Assembly: GCA_043808785.1 (NCBI GenBank)
Contig: JAZDEL010000009.1
Location: 150,653-182,652, forward strand
Direction: 5' to 3'
DNA: 32,000 nt
From: Candidatus Iainarchaeum sp.
Lineage (GTDB): Archaea > Iainarchaeota > Iainarchaeia > Iainarchaeales > JAZDEL01
Part shown: positions 5,810-12,420 of the stretch, in pieces
Layout: the number at the start of each line of letters is the position of its first letter
How positions within the stretch are numbered: the stretch's first letter is position 1
The notes under the pieces: model-generated
Told to the model about the DNA's origin: nothing
The model's database searches: none
The model's input: only the letters and a program-made list of their open reading frames with translations
Position numbers and translations under genes: made by a program

Positions 5810-6732
5810 AGAATCCCCCCGAGTTTTGCCCCCTTTTCAAGGCAAAGTTCGTAGCACCTGCTTTGCATTGCGATTTCGCTGCACAAATTAAAAACTGCAA
5901 CTGTTTTCCCCCTGCTTTTGTTCATGTGTATCGCGCACCCCATTAGCATATGCAAGGCCTCGGCTTTCGGCAGTTCCGATTTTGAATTCCCGCGGCCTTT
6001 CTTTAGGAATAGGACTGAATCCATTTTAATGCCTTTGTTACTGCCGCGGTTCCCTGCAAGTGCGCCCCTGCCCCCCCAGAAGGGCGTGCCGAAAACGCGC
6101 AGCGTTTTGTTGACTTTGCGTATTGCGCAAATTTCATCATTAAGCACAAGCAGGCTCCTGCGGTTTGCCATTGAAATTGTTGTTTTGCCTGCCCCGCTCC
6201 TCCCCGGGAAAAGGAAGGCGCGGTTTCCCTTTGCAAGTGCGGCAGCATGCACAAGCATGCCGCCCCTCTCGGCAAGGAAAAAGGAGAAGCAGTTCCTGAG
6301 GAAGACATCCACATTGTCCTCCTGCCCCTTATGCACCCAGACCTTCCCCGCGCTATTTCCTGCATCAATCATGCCGCGAATAAACCCGCATTCAATGAAA
6401 AGCTTCTTCCCTTTTGCATTTGTGAATATTGTTGTGTTTTCCCTGCTTCCTATGCCGTTGGAAACGGCAACCTCGACGCAAAAATGCGGCTTTTGTTTTG
6501 AGCGGAAATCCCTGTACTGCTTGCCTATGTAAGAAATGATTTCCGGGCTGTCAGACATTATGCGTGTGCAGATTCCCGCAACTTCAACAAGGCGCGTTTC
6601 GCAGTTTTTCGGGGGCGAAAAATTCCTGAATTCAATCTCACGCTCAGCCATTGGGAACAGCGGCGGCGGCAGGAAATTTTTTTGCATTGCCATATGAAAC
6701 ACAACATCAAAAATACAACATCGAACCAACAT
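5806..6732 (-). CDS. HPr kinase/phosphorylase C-terminal-domain-like P-loop kinase (HprK-related, RiPP-associated type)
   Basis: 308 aa. GGMLVHAAALAKGNRAFLFPGRSGAGKTTISMA matches the HprK-like core (LHAxAv...G.a.ll.G.SGaGKST). The start is uncertain: ATG 6732, or the downstream Met at MAMQKNF or MAEREIEF. Confidence 0.7.
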   Translation of the reverse strand: MLVRCCIFDVVFHMAMQKNFLPPPLFPMAEREIEFRNFSPPKNCETRLVEVAGICTRIMSDSPEIISYIGKQYRDFRSKQKPHFCVEVAVSNGIGSRENTTIFTNAKGKKLFIECGFIRGMIDAGNSAGKVWVHKGQEDNVDVFLRNCFSFFLAERGGMLVHAAALAKGNRAFLFPGRSGAGKTTISMANRRSLLVLNDEICAIRKVNKTLRVFGTPFWGGRGALAGNRGSNKGIKMDSVLFLKKGRGNSKSELPKAEALHMLMGCAIHMNKSRGKTVAVFNLCSEIAMQSRCYELCLEKGAKLGGIL

Positions 6733-6828
6733 GAAGGCAGTTCCAAAAATAATTAAAACAAAGGTTTTAATATAACGGATTGCTAACTAATTACGAACTA
6801 ATTGCGCTGTAATTGTGTCGGTAATTAT
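6733..6828. promoter_or_regulatory. A/T-rich divergent promoter region with TATA-like boxes and an 11-nt-phased AACTAATT direct repeat
   Basis: AAAAATAATTAAAAC (6745-6759) and TTTTAATATAA (6765-6775) lie between the divergent starts at 6732 and 6829. AACTAATT occurs twice (6785-6792 and 6796-6803); the second copy lies about 26-33 nt upstream of ATG 6829. Confidence 0.4.
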
Positions 6829-7689
6829 ATGGGGCTAAAACTGAGGAAATCTTGGCTTGTACTGCCCGTGGCAGTGGCTGCGCTCGCGGTGATCATTGCG
6901 GCGGAACTCCTCTGGCTGAACCCCGATGCGGCGGAGGGGGACGGTTTAGCGGGGCCGCTTGGTTTGGATGCGGGAGGGCTTACTGCAAACGACCAGAACA
7001 AGGAAATTTGCGGGGAGGGATACTATTACACAATTGAGTTTGACTGCTGGCAGAAAAAGGACAATCGCTTCTGTTACGGGGTGAGGGAAAACCCCGCAGG
7101 TTACTGTGCCGGGCCGAGCAACTGCGGCGTGTCAGGCTGCTGCCCTAACCCGAATGACTGCAGGATGGATGGGCGTTGCTATGTCTCCGGAAAAGTCTTT
7201 ACCGGGGACATGTTAGGCATAATGTGTTATGAGGGAAAATTCGGCCTCTGCCGTGAGGATGACGTATGCGAAGAGGTAGGGGGTTATTACTGTACCGGGG
7301 ATACGTGGGTGGAGGAAGAGCCTGCAAATTGCGAGGGCGGGATTTCAATCAAGCCGCCGGAGCCCGAGGATAGCAATGCGGGTACTGAACCAAAAGGCGA
7401 CTGCCCCGAAGGCGAATTTTACCGCGGCGAGTGGGACTGTTTCGAGCGGGGGGATGATGAAAAGTGCGGCTCCGCGGATGCGGGGCACGGATGCTGCGCT
7501 TCCGAGGGGCAGTGCTGGTTCGGGGGAAGGTGCTATGCGGGGGGGAAGCCGCTTTCTGAAAGTTCGGAGTGGATATGCACGGAAGGGATGTGGGATAAGT
7601 GCATTGCTGATGACAGGTGCGAAAAACAGGGCACGTACCTGTGCAATGGGCTGGTGTGGTCTGCCCTGGCGCCCGAGGGGTGTGAATGA
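6829..7689 (+). CDS. Secreted or N-terminally anchored cysteine-rich protein with an internal tandem duplication (two ~95-110-aa Cys-rich domains)
   Basis: The track begins at TTG 6802. ATG 6829 gives MGLKLRKSWLVLPVAVAALAVIIAAELLWL, a signal or anchor sequence. Domain A spans nt 7009-7332 and domain B spans 7402-7683. Both share CxEGx[YF]Y...[FW]DC[WF]...GCC...C...GRCYx[SG]GK...[MI]CxEGx[FW]xxCxxDDxCExxGxYxCxGxxW...CE. I recognise no family. Confidence 0.7.
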   Translation: MGLKLRKSWLVLPVAVAALAVIIAAELLWLNPDAAEGDGLAGPLGLDAGGLTANDQNKEICGEGYYYTIEFDCWQKKDNRFCYGVRENPAGYCAGPSNCGVSGCCPNPNDCRMDGRCYVSGKVFTGDMLGIMCYEGKFGLCREDDVCEEVGGYYCTGDTWVEEEPANCEGGISIKPPEPEDSNAGTEPKGDCPEGEFYRGEWDCFERGDDEKCGSADAGHGCCASEGQCWFGGRCYAGGKPLSESSEWICTEGMWDKCIADDRCEKQGTYLCNGLVWSALAPEGCE

Positions 7690-7755
7690 TAGGTTTTTAT
7701 ATAAGTAAAGAGGATATTTAAACTGTAAAATGCAAATGCACAGGCCGTTGGGAAC

Positions 7756-8256
7756 ATGGCAAAGGCGCGGGCTGGAAAAGGATTCGGCGGCTTCGCTGCT
7801 GCATGCGCGGTTTTTTTGGCGCTGATGTTTGCCGTGCTCGCGGCAAATTATTTCTATTTCAAGGAGGTTCCGCTGAAAACCCCGATAGTATGGGCGCTCG
7901 AGCCTGTTGCGCACATGCTTGTAATTATTGCGCTGTTCATGTTCTTTGCAAGGATGCGGCTAAATGATATGCCCGCATTTTTCACGGGATTTGCAAAAAG
8001 GTGGCCTTACCTGCTCATAGGCGCTGTGCTTGTCTGGGCAAGGTATTCCGTTGGAACGTTCGAGTTTTCAAAATACCTCACCGCCGCGGGCATCGCATCC
8101 CTAGGGCTTTTCGTTTTCGGCTTCAAACGCCTGAGAAGCCTGCGCAGGCGCTACGAGAGGGAGCTTATCCTTGCCGCACTTGCATACCTCTTCCTCCGGG
8201 TTGTGTTCGGGCTCGATTCGGTTATTTATTCCATGCTCATGATGCTGTTTGGGTAA
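7756..8256 (+). CDS. Small polytopic membrane protein, unknown function
   Basis: 166 aa with 4-5 hydrophobic segments (FAAACAVFLALMFAVLAANYF, HMLVIIALFMFFA, YLLIGAVLVWA, AAGIASLGLFVFGF, AALAYLFLRVVFGL). No recognisable motif. Confidence 0.6.
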   Translation: MAKARAGKGFGGFAAACAVFLALMFAVLAANYFYFKEVPLKTPIVWALEPVAHMLVIIALFMFFARMRLNDMPAFFTGFAKRWPYLLIGAVLVWARYSVGTFEFSKYLTAAGIASLGLFVFGFKRLRSLRRRYERELILAALAYLFLRVVFGLDSVIYSMLMMLFG

Positions 8257-8296
8257 CCGAAAAAACAAAAAACGTAACCAAAAAACAAAAAAACGA
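8255..8296. repeat. Two tandem 21-nt A-rich units immediately after a stop codon
   Basis: AACCGAAAAAACAAAAAACGT (8255-8275) and AACCAAAAAACAAAAAAACGA (8276-8296). On the minus strand these read as T6-T7 tracts. Confidence 0.6.
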
Positions 8297-8300
8297 ACGC

Positions 8301-8330
8301 GCCGGTTTTTTTGGGGGGGTTATTTTTTTG
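8301..8330 (+). terminator. Archaeal-type oligo-T terminator candidate
   Basis: gccggTTTTTTTgggggggttaTTTTTTTg: two T7 tracts (8306-8312 and 8323-8329) lie 50-75 nt downstream of the 8256 stop. CAAAAAAA (upstream) can pair with TTTTTTTG to form a weak hairpin. Confidence 0.5.
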
Positions 8331-8367
8331 TGCGGATAGCGGGGCGGAAGCGCATGCCCCGAATACT

Positions 8368-8382
8368 AAATTATATATATAC
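8368..8382 (+). promoter_or_regulatory. TATA-like box upstream of the large surface-protein gene
   Basis: aaattatatatatac, centred about 33 nt upstream of ATG 8408. Confidence 0.4.
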
Positions 8383-8407
8383 GTATGCCATAATCTAATT
8401 GAAAAAT

Positions 8408-11400
8408 ATGGATAATAAGGGTTATCCGCGCACTGCGGGCAGAGGCGCGGGAAGGGGCTTTGCGGGAAAAAGCCGCGCAGGGGGCTTTGCGTTATTTTTG
8501 CTGGCAGTTGCAGTGCTCGCGCTTGCCTCTTATGCAGGCGCCTTCTGCATAACCAATGCCGAGTGTGCGGCAATAAAATGCCCGCCAGCGGCGAACAAGG
8601 ACACAACGCTCTGCAACAGCAAAACAGGGCAGTGCTACTGCGGGCCGAAAACCTGCGGGAACCTCGGCTGCGACAGGGGGGAAAACTTCATAAACTGCCC
8701 GTCGGAGTGCGCTGCAGGCTGCGGAAACCTCAGCTGCGAGCTCGGGGAAAACGGCAGGAACTGCCCCGCTGACTGCAGGGCTGTGTGCGGCAACAAGGTG
8801 TGCGAAACAGGGGAAACCGAATCAAGCTGCTTCTCGGACTGCGGGGGGAAACTGGACTGCTGTGAATATTCCACTGATGCGTATGCGGGCAAGGGGGCGT
8901 GCGTGTTATACTGCGCTGTGTGCGGCGACGGCTACTGCGACAGGCAGAGGGGCGAGGACAGGCTGACCTGCAGCAGGGATTGCGGAATGGCGGGCTGCGG
9001 CGACGGCATATGTGGAGCGGATGAGGACGCGCTGAACTGCCCTGCCGACTGCCCGAAGGCGGAACTGGCGTGCGACGTGAACGCGCACTGCAATAAGCTT
9101 CCGAGCTGCAATTACGCGCCGCACGAGGAGAACATATATTACCTTGCTGAAAAGCCTGTCTTTAATGTGTGCAGCTGCATCACGGGAATGTGCGCAATAA
9201 CCCTGCGCGCCCGCGATATTTGCGGCGACGGGTTCTGCAGCAGGGACGAGAGTTGCGACCCGACATTCGACAATTTCTGCAACCAGGACTGCGGAACATG
9301 CAGGCTTCCGGACCTTGCACTGGCGGGGCTGGAGGCCGACAAGGCTGTCGCTGAAAGCGGGGAAGGGGTTGCAATAACCGCCGCAGTAGAGAACCTCGGC
9401 TCAAAGGAGGCGGGCAAGTTTTCAATCTCGGTTTTCAGGGGAAGCGAGGGCGGGCAGATGCTTGAAACAGCGGAAATCCCCGGGCTGTTCCTTACCCCCG
9501 GAACAGGCGAAGAAAAGGTAGTAAGGTTCGGGAGCGAGGGGCAGCAGGGCGTGGCGCCGCTTGCAGTGGAGTTCGAATTCAGGGCTGAAGAGGGGAAGAC
9601 TGTCGAGAGGTACGACCTTGATTTCGACGGGGATGGGACTTTCGACCTTTCGCTGAAGCCGCCTGTTTCAAAGGTTTCGCACACATACGGAAAGCCCGGC
9701 TTTTACAGGGCCACGACAACCGTAAGGTATGCCGACGGCAGCGGCGGGGAGAGCAGCGCGAACATAACCGCGCTTGAGCCGCAGCTGAGGCACACATTTA
9801 ATCTTGACACAACAGGGATGTGTGGGGAGGTTCTGCTTGTCGTGAAGGCGGATGCGGAAGGGATTATTTCCGAGGCGAGCAGGGAGAACAACAGCAGGGC
9901 AATAGCGCTTAACATAAACTGCCCTGCGCTGCCCGTTGCTGTGTTCACGGTTTCTCATGAGGGTAGGTTTGCGAAGTTTGACGCTTCCGCATCGCACAGC
10001 GATGAGGGCGATATCGTGCAATACAGGTGGGATTTTGGGGGCGGAAAAACAATTGAAGCGGCGGATGCAATTGCGGAGCACACATATGAAACGGACGGCA
10101 ATTTTTCAGTGAAGCTTGTTGTAGTGAATGCAGGCGGCAAGAAGGGCGCCGCTATCAAAAATGTTGTTGTCGGCACCCCCCCAAGCGCGAAAATAAGGCT
10201 CACTAATGGCAGCGGAATCGTGCCGCTGAAGATAGGGGCTGATGCCTCTGCGTCCTCCGACAGCGACGGGGAAATAGTTTCATACGCCTGGAAGTTCGGG
10301 GACTTGGAAAGCGCTGAGGGCATTCAGGCTGAGCACACATACCTCTCCCCCGGAGTTTACTCCCTGCTGCTCGAGGTTGTCGATGATGCGGGCCTGAGGG
10401 GAAGCGCTGTTTCGGAGGTTGTTGTTTTCGGCTCGCAGAAGGCGGACATTGCCATAAAAATGCCGGCGCAGCCGGGCGATGTGGAACGGGAAAATGAAAT
10501 TACTCTTGAGTTTTTGCTTTCAAACATCGACGGCGGGAATGCGGGGGCATTTGATTTAGTGCTGAGGGAAGGGAAGCCCGACGGGAAAGAAGTCGCAAGG
10601 GAAAGCGTGCAGGGCATTAAATCAACGGAGTCCGTAACCGTAAAACTGAAAATAAAAACTCCCGAGGACCTCGGGCCCGTGGATTATTATGTTGTTGCCG
10701 ACCCCGAAGACAGGGTAAGGGAATCGAACAAACGCGACAATGTGCTGCAGATTAGCCTGAATGTCATCCTGCCCGAGATTTGCGGCAACGATACGGATGA
10801 TGATATCGACGGCTATGTGGATGAGGGCTGCGGGGTAAGCGTTGAGGTATGCGCGAACAAAATCGACGATGATGGGGACGGGAAAATTGACGAGGGCTGC
10901 ACGTGGACAGAGGCAATACTTGAGGGCGGGCATCTCATTGTTTCCGCAAAGGAGGAAGTGGTTACTGGGGAGCGGGCTGTTGTTGAGGTAAGCCACCCTC
11001 GGCTTGGGCCTGTTGAGGGTGCGGAACTTAAAATTATTTCACCGCAGGGGAAGGAAACGCGGCTGGCAACGGACAGCGAAGGGAAAGCCGTGCTTATGCT
11101 GAACGAGGTCGGGGAATACGCGCTTGTTGCGACAAAATACACGCTCAGGACAAGCCAGGGGCTGGCTGCGGTTTCGCAGGCAATGATTGCGGAAAGGCTT
11201 GCCAAAGTCCTGCCTGTTGCGCTGTTCGGGCAGGTTGCAATCGACCAGCCGCTGCTGATAATGCTGCTGCTTGCTTTGTGCGCGCTTGTTGCTGTGCTTG
11301 TTTTCGAGAGCGCGGAGCGGCTCTTCACAGAGGCGGAGTATGTGCCTGCCGAGGCACGGCAGAAGAGGGCGTTGAAATATGCCCTTGCGCTTGCGGTTGC

Positions 11401-11569
11401 AGCGGTGCCGCTGCTGATTAACAAGGTATACGGCTTTGAATTCGGCACTGGAGTTGCCGCGGCAGGCCTGCTTGCAATGCTTTTCATCACATACAGCGCA
11501 AGAAAGGTCGACAGGCCCTGGGAAGCGGAGGGAGAACAAAGGCAGGAGGAAATGTTCCCGCCGGAATGA
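8408..11569 (+). CDS. Very large surface protein: N-terminal anchor or signal, six CG[ND]xxC..E..C..DC cysteine repeats, CARDB-like and three PKD-like domains, acidic DDD/DEGC motifs, Ig-like domain, three C-terminal TM helices
   Basis: The track starts at TTG 8399; the first ATG is 8408. Cys repeats include CGNLGCDRGENFINCPSEC, CGNLSCELGENGRNCPADC, CGNKVCETGETESSCFSDC and CGDGICGADEDALNCPADC. PKD-like segments include FDASASHSDEGDIVQYRWDFGGG...HTYETDGNFSVKLVVVNAGG and ADASASSDSDGEIVSYAWKFGD...HTYLSPGVYSLLLEVVDDAG. CARDB-like: VAITAAVENLGSKEAGKFSISVF. The C-terminal hydrophobic helices are followed by a charged tail. Confidence 0.85.
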   Translation: MDNKGYPRTAGRGAGRGFAGKSRAGGFALFLLAVAVLALASYAGAFCITNAECAAIKCPPAANKDTTLCNSKTGQCYCGPKTCGNLGCDRGENFINCPSECAAGCGNLSCELGENGRNCPADCRAVCGNKVCETGETESSCFSDCGGKLDCCEYSTDAYAGKGACVLYCAVCGDGYCDRQRGEDRLTCSRDCGMAGCGDGICGADEDALNCPADCPKAELACDVNAHCNKLPSCNYAPHEENIYYLAEKPVFNVCSCITGMCAITLRARDICGDGFCSRDESCDPTFDNFCNQDCGTCRLPDLALAGLEADKAVAESGEGVAITAAVENLGSKEAGKFSISVFRGSEGGQMLETAEIPGLFLTPGTGEEKVVRFGSEGQQGVAPLAVEFEFRAEEGKTVERYDLDFDGDGTFDLSLKPPVSKVSHTYGKPGFYRATTTVRYADGSGGESSANITALEPQLRHTFNLDTTGMCGEVLLVVKADAEGIISEASRENNSRAIALNINCPALPVAVFTVSHEGRFAKFDASASHSDEGDIVQYRWDFGGGKTIEAADAIAEHTYETDGNFSVKLVVVNAGGKKGAAIKNVVVGTPPSAKIRLTNGSGIVPLKIGADASASSDSDGEIVSYAWKFGDLESAEGIQAEHTYLSPGVYSLLLEVVDDAGLRGSAVSEVVVFGSQKADIAIKMPAQPGDVERENEITLEFLLSNIDGGNAGAFDLVLREGKPDGKEVARESVQGIKSTESVTVKLKIKTPEDLGPVDYYVVADPEDRVRESNKRDNVLQISLNVILPEICGNDTDDDIDGYVDEGCGVSVEVCANKIDDDGDGKIDEGCTWTEAILEGGHLIVSAKEEVVTGERAVVEVSHPRLGPVEGAELKIISPQGKETRLATDSEGKAVLMLNEVGEYALVATKYTLRTSQGLAAVSQAMIAERLAKVLPVALFGQVAIDQPLLIMLLLALCALVAVLVFESAERLFTEAEYVPAEARQKRALKYALALAVAAVPLLINKVYGFEFGTGVAAAGLLAMLFITYSARKVDRPWEAEGEQRQEEMFPPE

Positions 11570-11617
11570 TGTTCTTCGGGTGCAGAAAGTTTATTCCCAA
11601 AGTCTGCCGAATTTGCC

Positions 11618-12061
11618 CTACTCCGCGCTTGCCCCGCTTCCCTTTATCCAGAAAAAGGCTTCCTGCCCGCTTCCACTGTATGACGCCACAACCCTTATTT
11701 TGAAAGGGTATGTTCGAAGTTCGGCAGGCACGTCAAGGGCTGCGGGAACTTCAATGCTTTTCCCCGCAGGAACGAAAATATCCCCGCTCTTTATCAGCGT
11801 GCCCGCTGCAAAGAACCTGACGGCGTAATTCATGTCCCTGCCCTCCCGGTTTTCAATGCCGTATGTGAATACTGCCTTTCCGCCCCTTAGATAGCTGTCC
11901 CAGCTGTCGTGCACAAGGTAAACCGCTGTGCCGTGTTCTGGCTCATTGTAAGCGAGCATAACAAGCAGGGCAACAAGGCTGCCGGCTATAATAAGCGCAA
12001 CGGTTGCCCTAAAAGCGAGGTTAACCAGTTCAGTATTTTCCTTTTCAGTTGCTTGGTTCAT
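11618..12061 (-). CDS. DUF1616-like protein, C-terminal (TM plus extracellular beta-rich) half
   Basis: The ATG at 12061 overlaps the upstream stop (ATGA). MNQATEKENTELVNLAFRATVALIIAGSLVALLVMLAY is a TM segment. It is followed by ...FTYGIENREGRDMNYAVRFF..., which resembles the NhEg...Y.v motif of archaeal DUF1616 proteins. The family call is from memory. Confidence 0.55.
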   Translation of the reverse strand: MNQATEKENTELVNLAFRATVALIIAGSLVALLVMLAYNEPEHGTAVYLVHDSWDSYLRGGKAVFTYGIENREGRDMNYAVRFFAAGTLIKSGDIFVPAGKSIEVPAALDVPAELRTYPFKIRVVASYSGSGQEAFFWIKGSGASAE

Positions 12062-12420
12062 TTTAAAGGCCTCACAATGCATATCGCGTAAAGGAATACT
12101 GCTTCCGCCCCGACAACAATCGCGCTGTTCAGGAAGTTCATGGGCAGATTAAGGATGAAATATGAAACAAGCACGCCGAAAACAACCGAAGGCACGGACA
12201 ATGCGATTGCAAGCATAATTGTTTCAGCAAGCCCTGTCTCCCTCCGCAGCATTGCCGAGCACAACAGCGCGCCCACAGGGAAGAAAACAAGGTAAATTCC
12301 GAGCAATGCCTGCAGGTCGCGCAGCATTGCCATGCCTGAGAGGCGTATTGCGGCAATCGCGAGAAGCGAAACTACGGCGCTTGCGAAAACAAGCGTGTCA
12401 GCGGTTCGGGACATAAACAT
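12058..12420 (-). CDS. DUF1616-like protein, N-terminal membrane half
   Basis: 120 aa with 4 TM segments. LLGIYLVFFPVGALLCSAMLRRETGLAETIMLAIALSVPSVV resembles the FLPGYALxxALFP...ERxALSxGLS start of DUF1616 proteins. It overlaps the 3' end of the upstream gene by about 20 nt. Confidence 0.55.
   Translation of the reverse strand: MFMSRTADTLVFASAVVSLLAIAAIRLSGMAMLRDLQALLGIYLVFFPVGALLCSAMLRRETGLAETIMLAIALSVPSVVFGVLVSYFILNLPMNFLNSAIVVGAEAVFLYAICIVRPLK

Noticed and set aside
5918-6532. 204-aa plus-strand ORF inside the kinase-like gene
   Set aside because: It is antisense to the frame that carries the P-loop (GRSGAGKTT). It has no motifs.
9139-11490. Several 120-225-aa minus-strand ORFs (9139-9684, 9955-10323, 10813-11490), and likewise 17009-17818
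   Set aside because: All are nested antisense within the PKD/CARDB-containing surface-protein genes. They are Ser/Pro/Ala-rich with no start context. They are shadow ORFs.
11618-12420. DUF1616-like gene as a frameshifted pseudogene
   Set aside because: The two ORFs meet at a precise ATGA stop/start overlap (12058-12061), and the second has its own Met and TM. I interpret this as two coupled genes. An assembly indel cannot be fully excluded without reads.
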